The position numbers and the translations under genes are program-made. Shown one piece after another: positions 53,244 through 64,000 of a stretch of 64,000 nt of DNA. Numbering within the stretch: the first letter of the stretch is position 1; each line of letters opens with the position of its first letter. The notes under the pieces were generated by a model, which worked only from the letters and a program-made list of their open reading frames with translations, ran no database searches and was not told the DNA's origin. Where the stretch lies: the NCBI RefSeq assembly GCF_964355755.1, contig NC_092673.1, positions 35,895,648 to 35,959,647 of the forward strand. Direction: 5' to 3'. The stretch comes from Antedon mediterranea (Eukaryota > Animalia > Echinodermata).

Positions 53244-53817
53244 ATGTCGCAGTTCATACAAACATTACATCATACAACATACTGCTGTGTGTACATGTAG
53301 TTGATTGTCATAATATAATAGTTAATATACGTTGTCAGAAGTTATTTTTTAGGTTGGTTTGTACAGTATTTGTATTTAATTCACCAATACTATTCCATAA
53401 TCAGTTACTACTTAAAAAGCAGGAGGCTCAAAGAGTGAGTTCACAAAACAAAGCTAGCCCAACTGAAGTGGCTTCAACAAGCCTCAAACATCTTGCTAGT
53501 GCTCTACTCTCTACACTTTTTGGGCTGCCAGTACACGCTAAACGGACCTGACTGAACTAGGCCTAGCGTAAAGCGTCCAACTGACAGTCGTTGTACTGGT
53601 TAGGCTTAAACTTGAGGTATGGTTAATTATGTGCAGTTAGTTGCTTGGAAAACACATTTGTTATTTTAGAAAGATTTTGTTCAGTTCAGTTACTATTTAC
53701 TATTATTAATACTGGAAATAAAATAATTTAATATTTATAGGCCTAACTAGTGATACATTTTGATCATTCTTACTTAATTCTTTTCTAGTGATATTTTTGT
53801 ACTGAGCACTATATTAA

Positions 53818-54440
53818 AGACCCCTTCCCTGCAATTTTGGACGTTTTTTGGAAAATAATACATATATCACTTTAAAAACATTAAACCATGTCATTCCTTG
53901 TCTTAAATGTACGTTTTATGATAAATTATGATAAAAAGTGAGAAACAATGCACTACCTAAGTAGCTCGCGGCGATCGACCTCTCATGGACGGTCTTAAGC
54001 CTAGCTAGGCTTAGTTTTGTAGGCCTAGCTGGTAAACATCGGTAACGTACGAACATCATACGCTTGCTATATATCTAGCCTGACGTTGTATAGTTGCTGC
54101 ATTAATTGTCTTTCTATTTTTGCCAGACTCCGTTGATACAAATTGAGGAAAACCCGGTATTTTCGCTGAAAAGTTAGGAGTCTTCCGTTTGTTTTGGCCT
54201 CATATCATGATCGATCAAAAAGTGGGCGAAATACAGGTGAAAAACAAAAATATCAATCCGCGCGCAATGCATTTTGGGATTTATAGCGGGCCGCTATAAT
54301 TATTAGAATCGACTTATTTTTCAAATTTTTAACTGTTTAAAGACGAAAAAAGTTATCGCAATAGGACCATAGTATTATTTTTACATTAAATATAGTTTGT
54401 GATCTTAAATTAGATCTAAAAAACGTAGGGAAGGGGGGCT
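53818..54440. mobile_element. Kolobok-like non-autonomous element
   Basis: TIR AGACCCCTTCCCT / AGGGAAGGGGGGCT with TTAA TSD. Confidence 0.7.
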
Positions 54441-54537
54441 TTAAATGAAAAACGATACTATTATGCAATAAGTTTATGATTTATGATTCATTTTCAGTAT
54501 ATAGCAGATTTTAGAGTTTTTAATTTCAAGTGTGACC

Positions 54538-55975
54538 ATGAATATGAGAGATAAATACCGTCTGACTTCAAATAGAACATATCTACTAGACAACGTGGAT
54601 GTACAGCATGTTTCTAATTGGCTTTTAAGTGAACAAATACTAACTGAAGATGAGCAAGAGGAGCTTTCTTCAATTTCTAACCCACGGGTAAGATGTCAGA
54701 ATAACATGCTAAACAAGTGTGACTTGCCCTATTTTTAAGCCAATGATTATTATATGCATTGACTGCTAGGATGATAGCTTGTATGATCAAAAACATTACC
54801 GGTCGAATCCATCATCTCTCATACAAATAGGTTTCGTAACAGCTTTTATCCAGCTGCCATTCGACCACCGAATGCTTTTCCGTATACCGTACGAGTGATG
54901 TGATACTTTGTAATCTATTTTTTAAAAATTTATTTATCTGTTTTTGTATATCTCAGATAAGATTTCTATGTATATTTTATATGCAAATGACAATAAATGG
55001 AAGTAATTTTCCACTGTTTTTTTTTGTCCTAGGATCGTTGTGCTAGGTTACTAAATTGGCTACCAAGAAAGGGGCCATCTGCTTATGGCAACTTCAGAAG
55101 AAGCCTTGACGGAAGCCCCACTCAAATGCATATTGGTAATGTACTTGATGCAACAGATACATCATCAGTAAATGCAACTGGTATGTAAAGGTTTACATAC
55201 GAGAACATTAAATAGGTTTACATTTAAAAAAAACTAGTACATCTAATTCAATTCTAACCCTAATTTTGATAGGTGCTCATCTCTTTAACCTTTGTCTACA
55301 CTATAAAACTTTATGTGACAAAATAGTGTGATTGTTTGTTTTATCTTTATACTGGGTGACCTCTTCAGTCAAAGACTGATCTCCCAGAGGGCCCAGTTGG
55401 TGATCAGTGGCTGTGATGTACTAATACACCGGGGTAACCCCCTACTCGTCTCAAAAGATGTACTAGGTTCTTTAAAGTGCACACGAGCAAGTTGTGTACA
55501 CTGGACCTACGGTTTATACTGTAGTCCTTATCCGAGAAGACTCGTTCTACCACCAGAACCATGGAGTGAGTGAGCCTCGAACCCCTGCCGATGTTATGGC
55601 TACGTGATTACGGTTCCACTGTCTTAACCGCTCGGCCACTCACTCACTTGATGTGCCCATGGTATTGATATGACATCCCATATATGGGCACATCACATAT
55701 TTTTGTCACATAAAGTTTGATAGTGTAGATAGACAGGTAGACAGACCTTAAAATATACTATTACATATAATTTAAAGATTTTAATGGGGTTTTTTTTTCT
55801 GCCAACAGACACATCAGATGCAAGACCAGTAAGAGTAAATGCATCCGCAGCACAGCAGTCACAACATCCACGACGAGGTGTAGGAGCATCAGCAGGATAT
55901 AACATACAAGTCTCTGGAAGCCACAACGTAGTAGTGACAGGAGGCAATGGAAATATTATTAACATCAACAGATAA
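54538..55975 (+). CDS. Small CARD-domain protein 2 (154 aa) with C-terminal RHIM-like tail
   Basis: Exons 54538-54687 (MNMRDKYRLTSNRTYLLDNVDVQHVSNWLLSEQILTEDEQEELSSISNPR), 55033-55180 (DRCARLLNWLPRKGPSAYGNFRRSL..., the classic CARD LL..LP.KGP.AF/Y..F motif), 55809-55975 (...GYNIQVSGSHNVVVTGGNGNIININR*). Exon phases and the 150-nt first coding exon match CARD gene 1. Confidence 0.88.
55332..55647 (-). mobile_element. tRNA-derived SINE in intron 2 of CARD gene 2
   Basis: Minus-strand A box TGGCCGAGCGG, B box GGTTCGAGGC and an AAAC-rich tail. It splits a MITE. Confidence 0.75.
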
Positions 55976-56194
55976 AAACATTAATTTTAGTTTCATAAAC
56001 TGCCCTCCGGTTATTTCTTTTTGTGGTTACAGACTCTAAACCATACCCCAATCAATCTAATTGGAATACTCATGGTGAGGTCATGAACTATATATATACA
56101 TATATATATAACTGTTGATATATTTAAATTAGATTCAACCTGTTAGTGGCGGTTTCATCGCTGTTGGTTGTCAACTGAATAAATGTATAGCTAA

Positions 56195-56319
56195 AGATTG
56201 GTTCACACTAGCGTAAGTGCAACTGAGCAAGTTGCAAGATTGGTTCACACTAGCGTAAGTGCAACTGAGCAAGTTGCAAGATTGGTTCACACTAGCGTAA
56301 GTGCAACTGAGCAAGTTGC
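56195..56319. repeat. 42-bp tandem repeat x3
   Basis: AGATTGGTTCACACTAGCGTAAGTGCAACTGAGCAAGTTGCA. Confidence 0.9.
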
Positions 56320-57244
56320 GTCCAAGTGGCAACAAAGCTTCATAACAAATTATGTGAAACTCCCAACATTTTATTACTATTATATTTTAATAGAATATCG
56401 CATAAGCAAGCGTTCAATGAGATGTACATAAAACTGAACTTAAGCATGGTCTTAAGTTCCGACTTAATTTGTGACACATTGATTTTTTTTTAAATGTTAC
56501 ATCTTAATAAAATACTAATTGATTTTGATAAATGACTGGTCACGTTTTTATTCATGTAGTATTTATTAATTAAAACTACCGCACCTCATTATACAGCACC
56601 TAAATATAGGTAAATATTTGTCATAAATGTCTTAAATTGCTAAATTACCGTGCCATTTTTTACCATATGCATGACATGTTCCGAAATTAATTTCATTGGG
56701 TGCAATAGTATAAGAATGGAGGTACAGTAGTACTGTATTATAAAATGTAACAAATAAACAGAATTATTATTACTTAACTGACGGACTCTAAATATCTCTC
56801 TTCCAAAAAAACCCAAACATTTATATTTATTTTAAAAAAAATATCCATAGAGATTCGAACTCCAGCTAGTTGAGCTGAGAGAATTCAAACGATAGTTACT
56901 AGAGCACTACCTGTTATGCCACAATGTACACGAGTAATGAAAGATGATATACGCGCTTTATATTACGTCATTCTTATCGTTACGTCATAAATTGGCATGA
57001 CGTCATTTTGAATTTGAGGAAACGAATCTAGCCTAGTTTTAACGTCAATACAAACCAGAGGACCGGATAGTTGGAACACGATTATCGAGGGTTCAAACCC
57101 CATGCCGGTCGGTGGAAAAGAGTTAAAGATATGCAAGCTTCTGTGTTTGAGGTTCACAGATTTAAACGACCTCCTTTCCAATCATTATGAGGCGATAACA
57201 TCAAAGCATCTGATGTCGTGGTAATTGACCCAAGGCTGTGAGAG

Positions 57245-57699
57245 CAAAGATTGTATAGCGCCGCTACGCGGCGCAAGATAGGTAACTGGGTGAGACCTTT
57301 GTAATCCATGGACGCCATTCCGGCGGACAAGTTTGAACCGGAATAAAGTTGTTGTCAAGGCAATATCCACGATGTTTCGGTTAAAGAATGAAGTTGTCTA
57401 ACCAAACATATAAATGTAAACACACAGAATTAATCTGAAAGTGTCCAGATCCCAAAGAAACTTTCATTTTTACTTTGTTTACATAATTTCTTCCCTTTTC
57501 CATGAATCAATCATAAGGATGGTTAACCACAGATACTTCGAGGCGGACCGCAAAATTTAAACCATTTACATTTAAATCACAATAATAACCTGTCCGCCCG
57601 AATGGCGTCCATGGATTTACTGGGCGCGTAGTGTTATAAGATAGGAGCTTGGCAACAGTTACCTATCTTGCGCCGCGTAGCGGCGCTATATAATCTTTG
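57245..57699. mobile_element. P-superfamily-like MITE
   Basis: CAAAG...CTTTG termini with a 7-bp TSD GTGAGAG. Near-identical to 52685-53142. Confidence 0.85.
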
Positions 57700-57706
57700 G
57701 TGAGAG

Positions 57707-58262
57707 AGCCGTTCACACCTGTTCCCCCGGCACGGTTCCGGTCCGGCGAATCGAACATCAATGTTCCGTTTTCACGCGGCTATGCGCCAATCGATATGTG
57801 CGTAGCCGCGTGAAAACGAAACATTGGCGTTCGATTGGATTTTCCGGCGCCGGACCGGAACCGTGCCGGAACAGGTGTGAAAGACCCTTTAAAGGGCCTT
57901 TCACATCTGTTCCGGCACGGTTCCAGTCCGGCGAATCGAACACCAATGTTTCGTTTTTACGACGCTCCACGCGGCCAAGCACCAATCAATATGCGCGTAG
58001 CCTGAAAACGAAACATTGACGTTCGATTGGATTTGCCGTCGCCGGACCGGAACCGTGCCGGAGCAGGTGTGAAAGGCCCTTAAGCGTGGTTCCCACTAGC
58101 GACGCAACGCAAGGACGTAACACAACGCAAATGAATTGACCAATCATCAAGCGATGGCTTATTCGCTGGTGATTGCTAACTGTTTATAAGTTCGCTTGTC
58201 ATTGGTTTAAACGTTTGCGTTGCGTTTACGTCCTTGCGTTACGTTCTAGTGGGAACCAAGCT
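57707..58262. mobile_element. Stack of three adjacent Harbinger-like MITEs
   Basis: Two GGGCCTTTCACACCTG-type copies (about 57707-57887 and 57894-58079) and one AGCGTGGTTCCCACTAG-type copy (58083-58262), joined at TAA/TTA. Confidence 0.8.
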
Positions 58263-58421
58263 TTAGAGGCAAGGAAGCACACCCATAATATTTTTTTTTT
58301 CTGTGGCTTCCCCCGCCTCCTTTCGATCTAGTAAATTTTATGTTTGGCGCCCTCAATTTTAAGAACACCGGCGTTGCGTTGTAAAAAGCAACGATAATTT
58401 TACTCTCGATCGATGATATAG

Positions 58422-59339
58422 GGCCCGGGGGCGCGATTTTTTTTTTCGTACATAAGTTGGGGACCCCCTCATGAAACGTCACAAAATAAACATGAATAAT
58501 TCATCAGTTAAATTTTCTTGTTCCGTGTGCACCCAAGCGTATAGCAACAAGAAGTGATTACAGTAGTTTACACAAGTGCGGTACGATTCTAGGCCTATCT
58601 CCGCTGTGGTTGCCGCGTGCGATTTCATAATAGAATAGCGGCGTTTTGTGTGGATTGTCGAAATAATCAGCCTTTAGTTTATGGTGTGTTTAATATAATT
58701 TATTACTAAAGAATTACGTGTTAAAATTATAGTTTCTATTGATACTATTAGGCCTAAAAACTATTCTCTAAACCCATGTCTATTCTAGTAGTAGCTGTGT
58801 TGGTGTGTGTGACGTGTGTGTTAGAGTCAGCAAAATTAAACAATAAACATTACACAAAAATACATTTTTTATTCTCGTGGGTCTAACCTTCCCATCTCAT
58901 GTGTTCATATACGCGCAGTTCCTTTGATTACATGCATATTGTTTGATAATAAAATAGCAGAATTTAAAAAATACAGTACACAAATTATACACATTCTTTA
59001 TTCTTGTGGGTCTAAGCTTTCTTTGGGCTATGTCCAATGAATTACTACTTAGTGTAATGTCTTGCCTAGCTGTCGATTAGCCTCGACTCGACACATTTTG
59101 CATAGTGGTGTGTGTGTGTATGAAGAAGAGTGCGCGAAGGCAATCACGTGAATTGACTTAGAATCCTAGGCCTACTGTAAAAGTATCGTATCGCAGTTGT
59201 GTAATCACTTCTTGTTGCTATACGCTTGGGTGCACACGGAACAAGAAAATTTAACTGATGAATTATTCATGTTTATTTTGTGACGTTTCGTGAGGTGGTC
59301 CCCAACTTATGTACGAAAAAAAAAATCGCGCCCGGGGCC
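58422..59339. repeat. About 140-bp inverted repeat pair enclosing about 630 bp, directly upstream of DCLRE1A
   Basis: 58422-58562 is the reverse complement of about 59200-59339. Confidence 0.85.
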
Positions 59340-59357
59340 GGAAATCCCATTTAAGTA

Positions 59358-59369
59358 TTTGGCGCGAAA
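59358..59369 (+). promoter_or_regulatory. Double E2F site in the DCLRE1A promoter/5'UTR
   Basis: TTTGGCGCGAAA is an overlapping TTTSSCGC on both strands, about 55 bp upstream of the ATG. An ETS-like CCGGAA lies at about 59338. Confidence 0.55.
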
Positions 59370-59422
59370 TATTAATAGATTGTATATTGGAGGAACATAA
59401 TATAATTGTTTCACAAAATACA

Positions 59423-62400
59423 ATGAATATGGACTACAGCAGCAATGATGAAGATATTTGGGATTACAAGCCAGCGGCAAGGAAGCCTCAGGGCGGTGAC
59501 AGGTCGGCATCCATCACAATCGACCAACAACGTAGTGAAAAGTGTGGAGAACGACGTAGGCCTAGGAGGCCAAAATCCATACGACGTAAACACAGTTCTT
59601 CATCAGGAGGAGGAGGCGGTGCCAGCGGTGATGTAACACGTAGTAGACATAGGCCTAGACCATATAGCGATGTTGGGACACCTGATAAACACAGTCCTCC
59701 GACCACATTCAAAGCTGGAACATGTAAATCTAAATCAAAATCTACTTCCAAAGAAAACAATAATTCTACTAGGCCTACTCATGGAGTAAAGACTCCATGG
59801 CCTACTACTACTAGTCAGATTAATAATAATAAAAGGGAGAAGATAAATGATAATAATAATAAAGCTGATGATGATGATAATTTCTGTCCAAATTGCCAAC
59901 TTCCACTTTGTCTCCTGACAGTTCAGACACCGACATGGCATGTTGAGCAATGTCTTAATCAGAGGACTGGTTTATTGAATATCAACAAAAAAGGTATGAA
60001 TGAAAAGTTTTTATTGATTTTGTGCCTGTCTAATATAGGCTACTAGATTATAATATTTACTATTAAGTTCGCTGAAGTTGAGAAATAAATGTAATTAATA
60101 TCTATTTACTACAATCGTACTTAATAATACCAGAAAGGTGGCAATCCTGTTTATACTGACACTCTATACACTCTTAACATAAATTGCATAAATCAAATTC
60201 AAATAAACTAATTTGTCATTTGTTCACTTTCTGTTCTTTTTTTTAGAATGCCCAAGTGGACTTGACTGTGACTCTACCATTGTAGTACATTATAGCAATT
60301 TCACTCACAAACTACTTGCTATCGTTAGGGCTGGTGGGGACGTTTCAGATTTCTCTGAAATAGATGAACCATCGTCCAATATAAAAAAGATAGAAGCATT
60401 GTTTAGCTCAAAAAACACCTTTCAAAATCATGCAAAGGGAATCTCAAACAAGACTAAACCGCAAGGCATCAATAACAATTGCTTGCACCATAATAAGATT
60501 TCTTCAACTCAAAGTAGTCTGTCATCAAAACAGGAATTGTCAAGTCAGAGACACCAGAAGTCCAGTCAGTCAACGCCAAGGAAATTTGTTGTCGGAAAAT
60601 GTAGAAAGACTTCTGAAATGAGCGAAGCTTCATGCTCCCAGCAGCCTTCAATTTTATCCTTTTTTAAACCTACTCAATCACCAAAAGAAAAAACCTTAGA
60701 AAAAAAGACAAAAAACAAGACTGAAAAAGATAATGATTTTGAATTTGAAATACAATATTGTTCATCTGATGATTCGGTGGATTGTATTTTAATGGATGAA
60801 GTTGTTCCATATTATGAAGAAGACGAATCATGTGAAGAAAAAAAGATTTTTGATTTAACAGATGATGTTTGCTTGTATCAAAATAAATATGAAGTTGATG
60901 CTTTATCTTCTCCTTTAATTCTGTCTGAATGCAGTACAGTGCAATACAATAGTCCTGGTGGTGAAATTCACAATGAAAACAATAAGAGGCAACTTACATC
61001 TGATGAGGATAACGTAAGTGAAGAAGATATATTTTCACCTTGTCCAAAGAAAACCGCTATGATGTCATCACCCAGTACTCCAAGTAGTGTTGATACATTT
61101 TATTCAAATAAGGAAATCTTTAGTTTGGAAAAAGAGGACATGTGCCCAATACGAATTGAAATGAAAACGGAGAAACATGACATGAATGATTTGATTAACA
61201 TAGAAGAGACTGATAATGATCTGATTAACAGAGAAGAGACTGATAATGATCTCATTAACATAGAAGAGACTGATAATGATCTCATTAACATAGAAGAGAC
61301 TGATAATGATCTGATTAACATAGAAGAGACTGATAATGATCTGATTAACATAGAAGAGACTGATAATGATCTCATTAACATAGAAGAGACTGATAATGAT
61401 CTCATTAACATAGAAGAGACTGATAATGATCTGACTAAAAACATAGAAGAGACTGATAATGATCTCATTAACATAGAAGAGACTGATAATGATCTGATTA
61501 ACATAGAAGAGACTGATAATGATCTCATTAACATAGAAGAGACTGATAATGATCTGATTAACATAGAAGAGACTGATAATGATCTGACTAACATGGAAGA
61601 GACTGATAATGATCTGACTAACATAGAAGAGACTGATAATGATCTGATTAACATAGAAGAGACTGATAATGATCTGATTAACATAGAAGAGACTGATAAT
61701 GATCTGACTAACATAGAAGAGACTGATAATGATCTCATTAACATAGAAGAGACTGATAATGATCTCATTAACATAGAAGAGACTGATAATGATCTCATTA
61801 ACATAGAAGAGACTGATAATGATCTCATTAACATAGAAGAGACTGATAATGATGATCTCTGTATGGTTAACATTGGTGAAAATCTAATTGTTGATGCTCT
61901 AGTACCGTCCAGCTGTTTTGACATTAACAGTAATAAAACTGCTACATTCTCTTCAATATTGGAGCCTACGCATGAGAGCCATGATGTAAATTCTGCTGTA
62001 AAGGAAGATATAGTGAATGATGATAGTTCATCACAGGTTACCTGTTCTCCTAGGCAAGACCCATCTACTGACGTTAAAGTAGAATGCAATACCGGCTTTG
62101 AAAATGTTCCATTTGATTTTGAATACTTTGATACCAAAGAAAATCTTGAAGAAGAAAAAGTTGGAATCGGCGATGATATAGTACTTTCGACCAAAAATAT
62201 ATCGTTGGAAAAAGCTACCAACTCTGATTTTCACACTGATATATTAAAAGAAGAAATTTTTAGTGAATCGTCAAATGAATTTTTTGATTGCCAGGAAACT
62301 ATTTTCAATAGCTTTAAGAAGGTTGATAACATCAAACAAGATTCTCGTACAGATTCTTCCCAATGCTCCTTCAGTGATTCCGTCAACAATTCATCTTGCG

Positions 62401-63908
62401 TTCTGAGCAGGCTGGCATCTCAAGTCTCCTATGATAAATTCATACCATTTAAAAATTATTTTTTTGGCTCAAAAAAAGAAACATCAACAAACTCAAATGT
62501 GCAAAATAACAATGAAGTTACAGAGAGTACAAGTCTATCTTCAAACATGGCTGGAAACTCTGCAGATTCCAATAATTTTGCAAGACATTTTTCAAATGCG
62601 TCAAACTCGGGAAACAATGGGAAACAAAACAAGTGGTCACGTTCTGTATGGAGTAACCCTCATAATAGACATTGTCCATTCTACAAAAAAATGCCAGGTA
62701 CAGTTTAAAATGCGACTTCTGCGCCACTTTCTTGATATTTTTTTTTCAAGTTGCATTTTCTCTAACTGATAACTTCCGATTTATATTATGTAGTTTACTT
62801 TAGACAGAATGCACGACTACAGTCATTTTTTAATAGATAATATACCATATTTATATAGGGCCCTTTTTGTGAAAAATGTTGCTATAGATGTATTTTTAAA
62901 AGTTATTAAATTTTTTTTTCAGACACATCGATTGCTGTTGATGCATTCAGCTATGGCACCATTCCTTGTATCAAAGCTTATTTCCTGAGTCATTTCCATG
63001 CAGATCATTATGGAGGTCTTACCAAACATTTTAAACACCCAATTTACTGCAGTAAGGTAAACAAGCATAGCTTAATATTGGTTGACACATTGTCTTTAGA
63101 TTACTAGTTAAAAAACTAGTTTAACAAGTATAGCTTGACTGTACTTACTAGTTTAACAAGTTTAGCGTGACTACTTTTTTTACAGGAAACTGGGAATCTT
63201 GTGATTTCCAAGATTAGTGTTGCTAAGACTTTGGTTAACACACTTCCAATGAACACACCATGTATTGTAGAAGGTGTACAAGTTACACTACTACCTGCTA
63301 ATCAGTAAGTCCAGCTCTATATTTAAACTTGCTATTTTGTTCAATATCAATTCCTTTGTTAATTATTAAAATAGAGTCAACTCTGCCAATACCAGACTCT
63401 CTGAAAACCAAAAACTCCCCCTGACTTTTCTTGTCCAAAAGGTTCATTTTTACCATAAAAAAACACTTTCCAGAAAACCAGACATATTTGGCCAGCCCAA
63501 AGGTTTCAGATATTGTGAAAGTTGACTCGCTCTACTTATGTCTCAGCAGACTTAAGTTTCTTACTTTTCTGAGGCCAAGAGGAAGTCAACCACCTTCCCA
63601 ATTGAAATGGTATAATTTGTTTATGTATGTGTAACTCTGATAGGTAAATAAAGTAAAATCAAATCAGTCCCTTCACAGCATACCTCGGAAACCATTTATT
63701 AAAACATTAACTGAATGTCTGAATTATCACTAAACCATGTACAATTGTGTTTTTTTTATTATAGTTGTCCCGGAGCAACGTTGTTCCGTTTCTGTTTGAA
63801 AAATGGTAAAGTTTACCTTCACACTGGGGACTTTAGAGCAGATCCCACCATGGAAGATTATCCTGCTCTTGTTAACTGCCATGTGAACACACTTTATCTC
63901 GATACTAC
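59423..63908 (+). CDS. DCLRE1A: DNA cross-link repair 1A (SNM1A) MBL/beta-CASP nuclease, first five exons; the gene continues beyond the window
   Basis: Exons 59423-59993 (EDIWDYKP N-terminus, UBZ4 finger CPNCQLP...WHVEQC), 60247-62697 ([27 protein letters not shown]-box-like QPSILSFF, ends CPFYKKMP), 62923-63056 (VDAFSYG...[13 protein letters not shown], HxHxDH), 63186-63304 (..LPANH), 63765-63908 ([18 protein letters not shown]). Confidence 0.95.
61185..61853 (+). repeat. Coding 30-bp minisatellite in DCLRE1A exon 2, ([10 protein letters not shown])x22
   Basis: AATGATCT(G/C)ATTAACATAGAAGAGACTGAT units; one unit is 33 bp, so the frame is kept. Confidence 0.97.
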
Positions 63909-64000
63909 GTAAGTATAAGTGTGAACATGACACTATGTAATGTAATGTACAAGTATTAACATCTGAACATGTGATACTAATATGTTAGATTCATGTGAAC

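Noticed and set aside
48273-55975. CARD exons as the 5' part of a caspase, NLR or RIG-I-like gene
   Set aside because: Each third exon ends in a stop, and I found no caspase, NACHT or helicase exons before DCLRE1A.
59309-59422. Upstream in-frame ATG extension of DCLRE1A
   Set aside because: It starts inside the inverted repeat and crosses promoter motifs; SNM1A similarity (EDIWDYK) begins just after ATG 59423/59429.
61100-62221. 373-aa minus-strand ORF
   Set aside because: Antisense shadow of the 30-bp coding repeat in DCLRE1A.

Overview
AT-rich, intron-containing animal DNA. The gene content suggests a marine invertebrate deuterostome such as an echinoderm, but that is inference. Hand splicing gives five genes: two tandem minus-strand ST8Sia-type alpha-2,8-sialyltransferases (5218-18926 and 27411-34621), two small plus-strand three-exon CARD genes (48273-49422 and 54538-55975), and the first five exons of DCLRE1A/SNM1A (59423 to past the window end). 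The rest is dense with MITEs (P, PIF/Harbinger, hAT and Kolobok-like), LINE/SINE/LTR relics, a decayed Academ-like transposon and minisatellites. The main candidate novelty is the CARD pair. Their CARDs are highly diverged, but both proteins end in the same 24-residue N/G/V/I-rich RHIM-like tail and both genes have a consensus NF-kB site upstream, suggesting inducible CARD-amyloid adaptor proteins. All gene models and alignments were made by eye; no database search was run.
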